Shown: one piece after another, positions 33,901 to 48,106 of the stretch
Numbering within the stretch: position 1 is the stretch's first letter
Layout of the letters: each line of letters begins with the position of its first letter
NCBI RefSeq assembly: GCF_052425735.1
Contig: NC_135761.1
Span: 33,418,338 to 33,482,000, forward strand
Reading direction: 5' to 3'
DNA: 63,663 nucleotides
DNA from: Oculina patagonica
Lineage: Eukaryota
Position numbers and translations under genes: made by a program
Notes under the pieces: generated by a model
What the model saw: the letters and a program-made list of their open reading frames with translations, nothing else
Database searches by the model: none
What the model was told of the DNA's origin: nothing

Positions 33901-36677
33901 CAAAATCACCTGTTTTACAATTCATTGTATCCAAAAGCAAACAGTGCTTGTGAACTGCTACCGCACGCTTGCGGCCTGTTTGCGTACGGCTGGACCCTCT
34001 GCAATTGGTTAAGATTTTATTAGAGGAAATGCCACACCCGAGGACTTTTAGTATCACAAAATTTAAAATAAAGAACAGTGCTAAATTTTATGCAAAGTTG
34101 CTAATATGCAAATTAAATTCATTTTGAGAACAAAAACTTCTTAATTCTTTAATATTGATCTAATGTTTCTGTTGTGCTTGACAGATCTAGCTGTATCGGC
34201 TAAACTTGAATTTTTGGTTTATGAGATACAAACTAAAAGGAATGTCAGTCTTTCTTCTCTTGTTCTCTCTCTGCTCTTCCTATCATCGCTGCACTTCCTT
34301 TCTTTTCCTTTCTTGTTGCGTTTCAAGTCATTTCCCACGGTAACGTACATGTTCAAGAATACTGACGCCACTTTTTGAGCTGGTTTTGATCAATCCAGAC
34401 ATCTATTTATGTTACTGTATGCTGACGAATTTTAAACATCTAGGAAATAGGGAAAATAAGAAGCAATAAATTACCAGCTGTTGATTAAAAAGTCAACGAT
34501 GCTCGTCCACTACCCTCTCACGGTTATTAGTTGATGCTTGAACGTTACTATCACCTGACACACTGGGTGTATTGCCACCTACAATCATTTCTGCTGCTCG
34601 CCGCAGCAAATCGGCAGCAGTGCTTGTATTAGAATTGCTCTGAAATTCGAAATCAATAGAAATAAAGCAACGTGAGTATAAGTAAATAGATTTTTTATTA
34701 TATGACTGGTTAAATATCATTTTCTTGTCCTATCTAAAAATAATTGACGGCCGGTAACTCTCGGCGCGGCAGAGGTTGAACGAGGATACATATTAAATAC
34801 ACTTTTCAATGCTCGGGAGGGGGGGGGGGGCAGGGCAACCCCAGGGGAAGTTGACATAATTTATGGAAGCTAGAGTCTAATTTCTAAGGGACTGGTCAAA
34901 AAGTACAAGGGGGGGGGGGGGTGGGCCGGAGCAGAAGGGGGATGGGTCATCATTTTGTGAGCCCTCGAAAAGGGGTGGGTTATGTAATTTTGAACTACCC
35001 GAAGGGATGGGTCACCTTATTTATTCACTCACTTTAAACTGTTCTAGTTCCAAGAAAGGCTGTATTCATCAGTATATAAATTCATAAATTTTTCATGTGA
35101 GCATTTTTTAATGAATTTCTAGCCATTTCAGAAGCCCCAAATATAAAAAAATTTTCTACCCCCCCCCCCCTAGATAGAGGATTTGTGATCATAACATAAG
35201 GTTTGCCTGCATTCTTCAACCTGCATTTATTTACACCGTGCTTTCAGCCTTTTTATACAAGTAAATTTAAACACTCTGCAAATACGAATGATGGGCAGTG
35301 CTTGTAGTGTCTGTTTGTCAATTTTTGTATAACAATATGAACTCTTCAATAGTTGTTTATAAATTAATATTGCATGTACAGTTTCAGTTTTTGCATATTT
35401 TGGTATCTGGACTACACACAAATATGTGAAAAACTAACAAAAGACTAGTATAAGAAGTGATAAATTCATTCTCCTTTGCTGTGTTAAGAAACGGGTAAAG
35501 ATGTACATGGGCAATGTCTATCAGGGAAAATTAGAGTAGCTGGTGTATGTCGCAAATCTCACTTAAGAAAAGTGTTGTCAAATTAAATCCTCCAACCCCT
35601 AACAGATAATAAAGAAATGATTGGTTCCTGGATTATAGCGGAGCTCCACGCGCCGAAGGCGCGTAGCGTAGCTCCATTGGTAACATGCGGGTACAAGGGA
35701 ACAGACAGGGCAAATGGTATCCTATCGAACCGAGAAATTTTGGTTGTCGCGTACGTACGTACGTCCGTCCGTACGCACGGATTAGGCCTGGGAACGAGCT
35801 AGGCTCCGGTGGCAACCCGCGTCTTTTGGCGGGAAAAATCATTACTATCAAGGCCTTAGCAAAAACGTTTTTTAAAAACGATTTCTACTCAGCTAAGCTT
35901 TATATAGTAGGAAGTTTTAAACGCGAGGAAAAAAATCATTTTTAGCTCTTGTTGACAATGTTAGAATTACATGAAGGGGAGACTAACTTGAGGAAGTCCG
36001 CTGTGTGAAAAGTCAGGAAACAATCTCACAGCATGCCGATTTACCAAGCGTACGCATGAGTTCACTACTAAGCATCAGACTGACTAAGCATGAAGACTCC
36101 TCGATTGAAAAGCACACGAAGAACTCAGTTTTAAAGCCAGTTTATTACAGATACATTATTTCTGGATATATTCCTCGTTTCACCCGCGATGACAACCATA
36201 GTTAGTAGAGGAGTAAAGATTGTGGCCGATCTAAATGGAAAATCTTCCAAGCTTCTTGGTGAGTTTGAAGCAAAGACGGTCAAAGACAACATTCCTTTAC
36301 GAAAACAAGGTGAGCTATTGATGTTCATTTTTTAACAGATTAGAAAAGTCTTTGGTATTTAGATTAACCAGCATTCAACCTAATACACTGTACATCATTT
36401 TTAAACGAAGCTGGGTTCTAGCTCTCAGTCGTGTACCGGTATGTCAAACAAGGACATAGACTTAATGAACTGAAATTCGTTTTGTCTTAAACACGAGTTG
36501 TATTCAAAGCATACCTTACTTCTGGTTTTTCCTATCCGCGTTAATTTGTTTATTCTGTAGTTAAATCACCGAAGTAGGAAGAACACACCACTTTTAAACG
36601 TTGGAAAGAGTACAGAACAAGTAGAGAACAAAATTTACATGAACATTTGTAAGAATGTGGTCGAGTCAGATGCAATA

Positions 36678-38059
36678 CAGTATGGGGCCCAGTTCTCGGC
36701 CACTATAGACGTAAACTAGTATTTCTTTTCTCAGAATAACCAAAGAAACTTGAAATTTCTCCCAGAGCTTTCTACATTATTCAGCTTTTTGGTGTAAAGC
36801 TATCGACCGGTTAATAATTAATTATCCCGAACAATAATAAAAATAAAATCTCCTTTTGTGGGCCCAGTTCTCGGCCACGCGGCCCAGTTCTCGGCCACCA
36901 AAAAGCTTATGCGTAATTAATCGATATTAGCTGATATTTTGTGATAAGTGATTAACTAATTAGTATCGAAAATCGATCAAAATCGATAATCACACGATTT
37001 GTGTCGCTGACGAACGTCTTAGGTTACATCGCGTATACATTTTCTGATATTCTTTGTTTTATAAGATTGACCATGTTTTATTCTTCGTTCGAAAATAAAC
37101 GTTGCCAAACTTACCTGACTGGCCGTTAGCAAAACAACTTGTAGGCGAAGCGACTGCATTTCTTTCAGTGTCACACTTCAGGATTGATTGAACACGCAAA
37201 GACGGTAGCTTTTCTTCTCCGATATTTCCGATCGAAATCGATACAAATCGTTTGAAATCGTACTAATCGAACGCGATCGATACTTTTCGAATGCAATCGT
37301 TACTAATCGAACTTTAATTCGTGAAATCGATCAAAATCGATAATCACAAAGAATTGGGTCATCGATTTTGATCGATTTTCGATACTAATTAGTTAATTAC
37401 TTATCGATGTTTATCGATTTTTATTGATTTTTATCGAGTATCGGAATTATCGATTTGTTACGTCCTGATAATAAACAAGACAAGAGTTAGCTCAAAACTG
37501 AGAGATTTAATTGAACTTTATTTTTAAAACATTTCTTTCTTTTATTCTGGCTGCAGTAGATGAAATTATATTAAAAACCAAGCGCTAAGCTGTGATAGCG
37601 AGCAGGGTGGCCGAGAACTGGCAAATACGCAAAAGTCGCACGGAAAAATTCCGAAGTAAATTAAGACCAACAAAATACAAAGAATCAACGAAAAGTTAAC
37701 TTAAGCAGAAAGCTGAATTATTTTACGTTTCACATGCAAAAAAATTAGCTCTTTTGGTTGGGGCTTTCGGATAAAATACGAATTTAACTGCATCCAAGAA
37801 TTTCAAGGAGCCGTAAACAAACAAGATTTCGGGAAAACAAATTAACCTACCTCCGCGTAAACTCGACGTGTGAGCTTTCTATAGCATGTTGAATGATCAA
37901 ACTAACGATACTTAGAGCACAAGAATCAGTTTATCGCAAATGTAAATCTATCGCTGGATGTAAATAACTTTTTGTTTTAATTCAACTGAGGCGTGAAAAA
38001 ACGCGTTGAACACAAAGTGGCCGAGAACTGGACCCAGCCGAGAACTGGGCCCCATACTG
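36678..38059. mobile_element. Tc1/mariner-type non-autonomous element
   Basis: TA TSD; TIR CAGTATGGGGCCC(C)AGTTCTCGGC; internal CCAGTTCTCGGCC subterminal repeats. Confidence 0.85.
36916..37468. mobile_element. Nested ATCGAT-rich element fragment (hAT-like end)
   Basis: Many AATCGAT motifs in both orientations; ends in GATTTGTTACGTCCTG. Confidence 0.5.
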
Positions 38060-38284
38060 TATAGGGGACATTGCTAGCTGAGAGTCTTAGCGAAATATAG
38101 TTTCTCCATGACCTCTGTTATTTTTCACTGAGAACTTTGCGTAGTCTTCCTTATTTTAGTTTTTATATTTTTATCATATGAATGTTATGAGTGAAAACGT
38201 TTTGTGAAAGTTTTGTATTTCTTATCTGATTTTACAGCCTTTCTCAGAATAAATAAATTAGTTTTTTCATATTTTTATAACTTA

Positions 38285-38696
38285 CCGTATTTAATCAATT
38301 AAACGCCTCCCTCGAATGAGCGCTACATATTAGAACAGAAATATTAATAAACGTCGCCCTCAAATAAACGCTGCATCATGATGATGCAGCATTCATTCGA
38401 ATAACAGACTCGGAAAGCAAATGCAGTAATAATCAAGCTTGAGCAGGCCAAAAAAAATATTTTTCTTGATTGTAACAAGGTTTTAAGGTATTGAAATTAA
38501 CTTTTCAGGCATGCACTAAAACATGTTTCTGTTTTTTTTTTTAAAATTTAAATGTTCAGTTACCATACTGTTTACAAGAAATAAATTGAATTTTAAATGA
38601 ACGCCGCCCTCGTATAAACGCTTTCCTCTAATAAACGCCGCACTCGAATCACGAAAAATTAAATAAACGCTGTGGCGTTTAATCGAATAAATATGG
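38285..38696. mobile_element. pogo/Tigger-like MITE
   Basis: TA-CCGTATTTAATC...GAATAAATATGG-TA with repeated TAAACGCC. Confidence 0.75.
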
Positions 38697-39588
38697 TACA
38701 TAAAAGAATATAGCACAGATTCTAAAATGTTATGCGAAAGATCATGAAATTTTCTTAAGTTATAACAACCAAGCTGATCCTGAAGTTATAATGTAGGATA
38801 AGGGCTTGGAAAAAAATAAATTCCAGATTGCCCTGTGGTTAACAAGCAGCTCTCAAATTTTGCTTGCCTAGGACTGTGCATGATTATGTTTCTTAGTAAA
38901 CTTGTGACTGTATAATTTACATGTAGACGACTTGCCTGGGCCTTTTAACCTAAATTACGCAAACAGGCACGAAAAATTAATTGCTTGACAGAAAAATCTA
39001 CTTGCCCCAGATAATCAGAGGGTACTTTTTTAGCCCTGTGGCTATGAGCATTGCTTTCTGGAAGGTTGCACATGACTCGTACAATTCTTTAAGTCTTTCA
39101 AAGTTTTCCAACTTAAAGCAGTGACTAAATCAAATATTTTTGCCAATTTTTTTTCTACAAGAGAAGTAGGATTAGTTTTTGATCGTGAAAAAAATAAGTT
39201 CAAAATGGGCCTGTCTGCGATGACTCGAGGATTATATAATTAAAAGTAAATAATACATACATGTATTATTTATTTACATGTACAACAAGTTTTTTGAGGT
39301 CAATTTCAGTGAGAAGTATTTATGGAGGGTGTAAGATGCAGTTTGAAGTTATCATTTATTTTGGTAAATCTGTTGTCTTTCTAAAACTTGCTGTTAGGAT
39401 TTCCATACTTTTTGCCAGGATGCAAGTTAAGAATTTTACAGGTTTTTGATATGTATAAATTTTGTTTTCAGTGCAGGGAAAACAGTCAAGGGGTGCAGTT
39501 AGTGAAATTGGTGATGCAGGTAATCATTACATAAGTGTCAGCTTATACCTTTCTTTAGCTAGATATTAAAGAAGCTCCATGACACATT

Positions 39589-40739
39589 ATAACATAGCTA
39601 GCAGAGCCGCGCAATCAAATTCAGTATACGTAAGCGTGCTCAAAATCCCGTTGGAGCACGCTGATGACGTAATCGACTAGTGAAAATCTCACTGAGCCTT
39701 AAAAGCTCATACGCTGTGTTTTGCGAAAGCGATGACATATTATCTTCGGAATATGAAAAGTGAATCCTTTCAAGATTTTTCCAAGGATACGAGCTACAAG
39801 GTAAGCTGTTTCTTATTACGAGACGGAGAGCGAAAGAGAAAATAAATTCGATTTTGCCGTCAAAGTTGTTTGTGTGCTTTTCTTTATTCAAACAACAACA
39901 ACTATAAACGTGCGAGTCTCGAAGGACAAAAATCATTTTTTCACGGCCCTAACGTGGTAGGATGGGCCAACCATGAATGACAACAGCTCGTTGGCACTAA
40001 AAACTAGCTGCCTGACGAAAGTTTTCGCGTTTTAAGCATTACACCAAAGCGTCTACGGCTCTGTTGTGATTTTGCCGCTCGGGAAAAATTTAATTCATCG
40101 GGCGCTTCATTCAACTACCGTTTTCAAAAATAAATGTTTATTTACATCAATTACAAATAAAATCGGACCACAAAAATACTTAAAACTAAGCATGGAACCG
40201 AATGTTTTTACTCTTTTAACCCTTGGAATCTGTTCGGCTGTTCGTGTTGTTTTGTTTTAATTTTCTTCCACTCGGGAGTAAACATTTTAATTTTAATTCA
40301 GCAAAAAACTAACCTCAGAATCAACAGCAGCATTTGCTTTTTTCGTCATTTTTTTTCCTTCGCTCTGCCACCGTATAAACTTAGTCAATTTATCAGCCAC
40401 TTGACATAAACTGCTCCAATCGTGTAAACTTGTACATGTGTAATTTATTGCTTGACCGCTAAGTTTTAATGTTCTCACACTGCACACAATGAACACAGTT
40501 TTTTTCCTGCGGCCGGCTGGTTTTGATGCACAATTCCACCGGCAATGTTATAAAACAATTGGTTCATGCTTTTAGCTGTGCTCCATCGAGTTATGGAGCA
40601 CTTGGGAAGTTTGGAGAGCACTCAAGAAGCTAGAGTTGCCCTCGGCTATCGCCTCGGGCAACTCTTACGCTTCTTTCATGCTCTCCAAACTTCCCGCGTG
40701 CTCCATAACTGGAGCACGCTAAAGCATGAACCAATTGTT
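39589..40739. mobile_element. Second hairpin-ended element, related to 27811-28791
   Basis: Foldback at 40554-40739 shares ATCGAGTTAT and GGAAGTTTGG; imperfect inverted repeat between 39589-39619 and ~40521-40551. Confidence 0.65.
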
Positions 40740-41999
40740 AATTAGTGCATGAAACTTGTTTTTCAAGTGTAAAACTATTGGGTGTGAAAAATGGTATGCG
40801 TTTTAACCCCTTGGTAAGTTTACATTGTATATTTCCCTAAAATCCTCGTTCAATTGAGGAATTTAATATACACAATTTATATGTAACAGCACATGTACAT
40901 AAAATGTTTTTATTGTTCAAGTAAAATGTTTTCGTTGTTCATACAATGCACCCCTCCCCCACTGTGGAGGAGGGGTATGAGGGCAAAGAACCAAGAAGAT
41001 CTGCTACCTGACCCGACAAAATACCGGAATACTTGTAATGATTTTGTGGGAGAAGTGCAAATTGACCTGTTGTGTTTGAATTCCTTTTGTTGATACCTTA
41101 ATTAAACCTTAATAGCTAATAAGCTCAAGCCCTAACTTAACATAAATTGTCTTGTTGTGGTACCAGGCAAATGTAGAAATAGAACTTAAACTCAGCTGAA
41201 ATTTTACGTGAACACAAAGACTTAGTAAAATTTTAAAGCTGTTTAGGCCAGAAAAGCCAGCTGGGCGTGTTGATGAACCGGCTAAGTGTTTTCTTAGCTA
41301 CATCCCTGATAAAAGTTTTAGGGAGAATATGTAAGCTTTCCTGGACTTAATCACAGTACTTTCAACAGCACCTGTCAGAGATAAATAATTATAAGAGTCT
41401 CAAAAGACACATCATTTTGTAGGGAACTCTTGAATTAAGCCGGTGTTTCACACCCCAAAACATTCATCAAAGCCTCGCCATGTGCCGGGTCTTTTTGATA
41501 GCACTATTAGTGTCTTCAGTAGGTAAAAAAGGTTTTGCTGACACACTCACTCTGAAAGGACTTTTTGGTTCTAAACATACATGTATCCCCCAACACATTC
41601 CCTGGCCCATGCAAAAATTGGAAAAATAATTCTCTTTTTTATGTATCTGTATAATGTTCTGAATAAATTCAATTAAAATTATAAATATTCATTTGATGTC
41701 AATGATCATCAACAAAATGGTATCTGTTATTTTCCCTTTTTCAGGGTTAACACGAGTAGCAGAATTTCCACAGAGAGTTGCAGACAGAGAGAGAGAGAGA
41801 TAAATGAACAATCAGAATATATTATTTCTTCATTGCATGTACAACTAATACTTATGTACTCTGTGTGAAATACAATTTATGTGGTCAGGTGTAATTTTAA
41901 AGTTAATGAAATAGAGCCAGATAAGGCTCATCCATGTACGTATTTCTTAAGGGATCTCTGACAACACAATATAAAAATCATCCGGCTACCCAAACATTT

Positions 42000-42305
42000 G
42001 TGGGAGGTTTGGTGACCTAATGGTTATTGTGCTGGACTCCGGATCGAGCGGTCCGGGTTTGAGACCTGGCCCGGGCACTACGTTGCGTTCTTAGGCAAGA
42101 CACTTTACTCTCATAGTTCTTCTCTTCACCCAGGTGTATAAATGGGTACCGGCTTATTTACTGCTGGGGGAGGGGGGGATTAACCCTGCGATGGACTAGC
42201 ATCCCATCCAGGGGGAGTAGAAATACTCCTAGCCGCTTAATAATGCTGCAGAAACCTGGTTACGCTCCAGCCTGATGAGCCACTTGGCTCAACAGCAGGC
42301 TTTAC
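42000..42305 (+). mobile_element. tRNA-derived SINE with a conserved central domain
   Basis: A/B-box-like head, CACCCAGGTGTATAAATGGGTACC core; 14-bp TSD CTACCCAAACATTT. Confidence 0.92.
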
Positions 42306-43066
42306 CTACCCAAACATTTAATTCCCAGTGCCCACACTGTGAAGAACAGTAATCATGATAATGAGATACACAGTTCATCAATCTCTAAATTAATCTCACA
42401 TGTTGCAATACAATAATAACTGATAAAATATATGTTGTTCATAGGCAAATTTTTACTTCACCAAAACCGAACTCAGTCATTAAATAATAAAACATTAAAC
42501 ACAGCTGTTTTGTTTTGTGGGTGTGTCTCACAGATTAGTTATTTGTTGTTATTTATAGTATCGGGAAATAATACTGTCACTGTTCCAATAGGGCCCCCGT
42601 TTGAGGGGGGGGGGGGGGGGGGGACAAGCTACATGCAAAACTTTCCAGTTGTATGCTATGTACAGCTATAACATACCAGTTATGGTGGGTGTATGGATAT
42701 TTTCTAGAGCAACGCTTTCTTTATTCTAGTTTCTCTTTGAGAGTTTATATATCTTTGGGAGGTTATGCACAAACTGCTAGATGATCATCCTCTTTTGATT
42801 GATCAACTATTTTTACTTTTATTTGGTGCTGTTGTTCATGGTGAAAAACAATACATAATATATATAAAGAAAATAACACGAATAAAAAATCATTCTAAAA
42901 AAAATGTAAAGGGCATATAACCGGGGAGCTCCGCTTTTAGGCTTGCCTAAATCTTTTTAGCAAAAGGGGTGGGTCATGTTATTTTTGGCCCCCTATCAGG
43001 GGTGGGTCAGTCGGTTTTTGAGCCAGGCGGAAGGGGTGGGTCACACATTTTCAAGCCACCAAGTAG

Positions 43067-43255
43067 AAACAAAGATGCAAATCTGATTTTAAAAATGAAC
43101 ATAGAAAGCTATTCTTATCCTGGCTACCCTTCTCTCTGCCAATTTTTTTACACGACAACACAGATTAAATATTGTACAAAAAAGGAAACAAAGATGTAAA
43201 TCTGATTTTAAAAATGAACATAGAAAGCTATTTCTATCCTGGCTACCCTTCTCTC
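43067..43255. repeat. ~70-bp direct duplication
   Basis: AAACAAAGATG..GGCTACCCTTCTCTC at 43067-43137 and 43186-43255. Confidence 0.8.
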
Positions 43256-43485
43256 AAATCCGCATCTAATGGTCACATCATATGCTTTGCGTGACAAATG
43301 ACAAGATAACAGATATCAGGTTGGTCACCATGGTCTTCTCTGCCGCTGATTACTCAAAGACTTCTGAAATAAAGAGCCATCAAAGTTTAAATTCATGAAA
43401 TTAAGATTGGTTTACAATGGAAAAAGAGCTCTACAAATGGACATTAAGTGCTGACTCGTGCTTCATCGAAATAAATTATAAACTA

Positions 43486-43929
43486 CAGTAGAACCCGTGA
43501 TAACTCGAACTCGGATCTGACTCGAACAACCCCGCTAACTCGAACTATGAACTTTTGTTTATCTGAATTCTGGTTCTTGCAACTCGCCACTGATGCCCAT
43601 TGAAATATTCTACCAGCTCTTTTTGTCTTGTATTTAGATTTAAACACTAAAACAAACACTGCAGCAGATTTAATTTTAATTGAACAACAAACAGATATTC
43701 GTATTTGACAGTCATGTTCCACTCTTTACATAAAAATGTTTGATCGTGTGAGAGTTTCTTAGGAAATAAATTTTATTTGCACTGTACTGTACACTAAAAT
43801 GCTTAAAATCAGTAATAAAAACAATTATCAACATGGAAAATTGAATATTCAGTCCACCCCGATAACTCGAAACCCCGAAAACTCGAACTGTTTTTTTTTA
43901 GAGTTCGAGTTGTCGGGCCAGTTCTACTG
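43486..43929. mobile_element. Tc1/mariner (Tigger-like) MITE
   Basis: TA-CAGTAGAAC...GTTCTACTG-TA with AACTCGAA subterminal repeats. Confidence 0.8.
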
Positions 43930-45754
43930 TATCACAAGCTGGTGACCGGCAAACAGTGCTAGAAATTGTTTCGGGTATCATTGATAATGAACAATGACGA
44001 AAAAATTTAATGTCAGTGGAGCAACAAGAGGAAAAAACTTACCAAAATATCACTGAATGGCTACGTTCACACATTGACTAAGTGGTACGCTCGTGTCTCA
44101 CTGTGATGGTTTGGCGCCAATTTTCACATTTATTGACGTCATGCCCCCCCCCCCCCCCACAGATCACTGTTCCAATTCACGTTTAACTGTTCAACTTGCT
44201 GTTGTATTTTTGGTGGTTTCGGCGCCAGACCATTCGATGTCATGCTGAACCATGCAACTCATTGACGCTAGACTATTTGGTGAAAAGCAAAAGCTGTTCC
44301 AATAATGCATCGCTAAGCTGCTCGAAACTAAACCAAACCATTTTGTGATATCTATACCATTTAATGCAAGCCTATACCGTTTCATGCTACGCTAGACCAT
44401 TTGATGTCATGCTACGCTATTTCACACAACGCTGTGTCATTTGATGTCACGCTAGACCGTTCAAAAATAGACTGTGCTGTTGCAACATTGAATGCTAGCC
44501 CATTTTTGGTTTCCCTAGACCATTTCTCTTTATCTTATACTGTTTTACAAGCAAGAGCTAAGCTGCTCGCATTTAGGCTAGTTTATTTCACAATGTCGTG
44601 ATCCAATTTGACACAGGCGCCTACACCGTTCATAACTTGGCTAAACAATTTCTTTATTGGCTATACCACTCTGCAACTGATCCCTAGACCATTTATATGT
44701 TTACTGATCTATTTGAAATCCTTGTATTTTTGGTGGTAACGGCCGCCCATAGCAAAGCTCAATAATAGCACGATTACTGTGTTGTCCAAGGTGTTTATAC
44801 TGCAGGCCGAAACGATATATCTTATTGGTGATGACAGTGTGGTAATCCCCGATCCAGACACAATGGTTTTCAATATTGCGGACATATTATTCTTTGTTAC
44901 ATACAAAGGATATGGTCAGCAAATAACTTGCACGCCCGACCCCATCAAAAGTTACCCGTACCCCTTGGAAATTGTTTTTCGTACCAATCATCTTACTTGG
45001 CTGCCGGCACAAGCGGCAAAAAGTGAGAAACCGGCTGCAGTAAAAAACAGTCACTTCCCTCGCGACCGGCATTTACCTTCAAGTCAAGCAGGGAACATAG
45101 GCAAACTCGATATGGCGCAAGAATATTATCATCTCCGAAGTTGTGGATGGTAAACCTTCACTCATCTATCAGATATACCTCACTCTCAGTAATGAAAGTA
45201 AGTAAGTAAGTCGCACGAATGGTGGAAGAGGAGGTTGGAACATGTGTCATGCTGCTTGACAACAATGGTTTGGAAATATTGCCTTCTGAATCAATGATAA
45301 AAAAAGAAGAAATGAAAATAGTAAAAAGGAAAAAGGTAAAACGAAAAACGGAATAAAGGAAAAAGGAAAATAGGAAAAAAGAAAAACGAAAAATGATAAA
45401 TTAAAAATTGAAAAAGAAATAAAGAAAAGGATAAAGCACAGCATCGCACTATTGAGAACGAAAAATATAAAATAAAGAGAGGTTTAGTTTTACGAACCAA
45501 ACTAAGCAAGCGAAAAACGAAATGGCGGAAAGTGCCACGGATTACTTCTTTTTCTTGTCATTATAAAATTGTTATTTTTTAAAGGAAACATGAATGTATT
45601 TGGAAATGAATTGCTTTATTAAGTAGATTTCTATTCTCTTGTTTTTTTAGGGTCATCTTGTAGGACAAGGGTATTAGCACCTAAAGAAAAAATTTAGCCT
45701 GTCAGAAGAGTTCTATGGTGTTAACTATTTTAAAACTGCATAAATAGTCTGAGA

Positions 45755-46325
45755 AATGAATGAATGAATGACTTTATTAACGTGTCTAAAGTGTTTAGCT
45801 GAGGGGAAAAGTCCCCTCTACTAATTGTGGACACCTGACTAAGAAAAAACTTTAAAAAACTTTAACCTATCATTATACAACTATTAATAATTTAAAGTTA
45901 AAATAAGTTAAAAAAAGAAGCTATTTACATAATAAAAACGGGTAAAAAAAAGTAAATCTATTTATATGATAAAAAAAGACTATATACATGGCTAGCTATT
46001 TACATAATAAAAACGGGTAAAAAAGTAAATCTATTTATGTGATAAAAAAGACTATATACAGGGCTAGTATTAATAGTCACAGAGGCGGCAATTGCAACGT
46101 TCATTGTTTAAAAAGTTATTGAAGTCACGTTTCCGAATCGTTTTTTTAAATGTCTTAAGTGACTGGCAGTTTCTTTCATCCGTCGTCAGGTGGCCCCAGA
46201 GCTTCGTCCCCAGGTATCTAATAGAATGCTTTCCGTACGTAACTGTAGTGAAGCGGGGCATCGAAAAGTCTGATTGCCTCAGCTGGTAGGACGACTGATG
46301 AGGCTTAAATAGCTGACGGATCTGA
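45755..46325 (-). mobile_element. 5'-truncated CR1/L2-group LINE
   Basis: YQLR, TYGKHSIRYLGTKLW..L; (TTCA)n tail; tandem ~75-bp duplication in the 3' UTR. Confidence 0.85.
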
Positions 46326-46329
46326 TTTG

Positions 46330-46899
46330 GACTATTTGAATCACCCTTAGGAGAAGTGATTCCCCGATTTCTAAGCCTCTTCCAAAAGTCAGATGTCAAG
46401 AAAAATGCAGTGACAACTTGTTAATCATCTGTTTAAGTTGCTGGTTGAACATAACTATGGTTTATCCTTTTTCCACTTTCTCCATGGTGATTGCATGCAC
46501 GTACTCCTGAATGGGGTTTTACAACTGCAAAAGGCCGGGAAGGAAAACCTTATTTATCAGTTAGCTAGAGTGTTTTCCGAAAACAGTATGGATATGGCTA
46601 GAATGCCATTTGGTCTTATAGAATACAATATAAGATTCTTCAATGCTGACTCCACAGTCAGATTGAAAATGGAGGAACACTATGTCCTTTGGCAAGAAAC
46701 CATTCTCGCCCACTTTGGCCACAAGTGGGAGGTATTAAATAGTGGCCCAATGTGGCAGTATGGCGAAGAAGAGGAGCAAGACAATGAGGTTGTTGAAGAT
46801 GTTGAAGAGGTCAGGGAGGTCCAGAGTTGTGACATTTTGGCCCAAGCCCTTAGTTCAGCTGTCATTAACCAGACAGTTGATGAGATTGTACACACGTAA
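46330..46899 (+). pseudogene. Unidentified coding relic with an acidic tail
   Basis: 153-codon ORF with protein-like composition (FFHFLHGDC, FGHKW); family not recognised. Confidence 0.35.
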
Positions 46900-48106
46900 A
46901 TTGTGGAAACGAGGGTGCAGATTTCTTTGACGAAGGTTTGGTGTTTGGGGCAGAATTTGCTAGTTTGAGTGTTGATGATGACTGTTGAAGCCTCTGCAAC
47001 ATCTGTTGAAGGTGAGGAAGCCTGTCCATAAGTGTGTGGGATACTAAGAGAAGAGTCAGTTAATGAATGTGTGCCTGAAACAGCTGTACATGAAGATTCA
47101 AGGCCTGCTGAGATTGTAGTTGTAACTTTGGATGGAGACATACTCAGGAGACTCCAGAATGTGAATCTCAGGGAGTGACTGTTTCAACCTTGTGGGCCAC
47201 CCTCACCAGAGACGAAAAAAACAAAAAGAACAGAACATTCAAAGATTTTTCAATACAACAGCATCTGCTGATTTATCCCACATATAATTGCTGTATTTTT
47301 ATTTAATCAGTGTCTTTATTCATACTTTATTCATATTTTATTAAAAAATGATTCATTGTTACGAATTTTACGCTTCCCCCGTTATTTCGAAACCCCGCTA
47401 TTTCGAACTTTTTTCCATTTCCCTTGGGACTTCGAAAAAGCGAGGTTCGACTGTAGTTATACTTTTCTATTATTTTTTAATTGTTCATGCAAACTGCTAT
47501 TGATAACCAAATTATAATTAATATTTCTTGCAGATATAAAATGCCTATATTCCTATTTACCGTAGTAATCGCCATGGCCATAAGGGCCATGGCAAACAAA
47601 CACGAATTACATGTAAAATACCCCATTCAAGAGAGTGCACAGATCAACAATCTTGATGCTCCTGTGGGTTAAGATTTGCTGTAATTTCTCTCAATTTAAG
47701 AAATTTTTAATCCATATTTTCTCAACTTTTTTATTACCAATTTAATGCCTTCTCATCCCATTCTCTGTCATCCATGACAATACAGTGATTTCTGATTGTC
47801 AATAACCTCACCAACTCAAGATACCTGTGCATCTGCGAAATGGATGTTACCAAGGAATGTGTACAGAGGATCAAGTCTTCCAAGGCGAATTTGGAACTCT
47901 GTTGTGATGCTTGATTACAAATGTCTGAGTGCCTTTGAAAATGGCTTTCTTGTTTACCGTTTTCATTACTGTCTACATTCTCCTATTTAGAGTACTTGTA
48001 AGTTAATTTTTTTTAATAAAGGTTTTTTGTAAGAAAATCCTCTCTCAAGTTGTAAGAATGAAATCCATGCAAATTCGCAGCATTTAGTACACTTAACCTC
48101 TTATTA

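Noticed and set aside
42000-42075. tRNA gene (also at 59608)
   Set aside because: These are tRNA-like heads of SINEs with bodies, tails and TSDs
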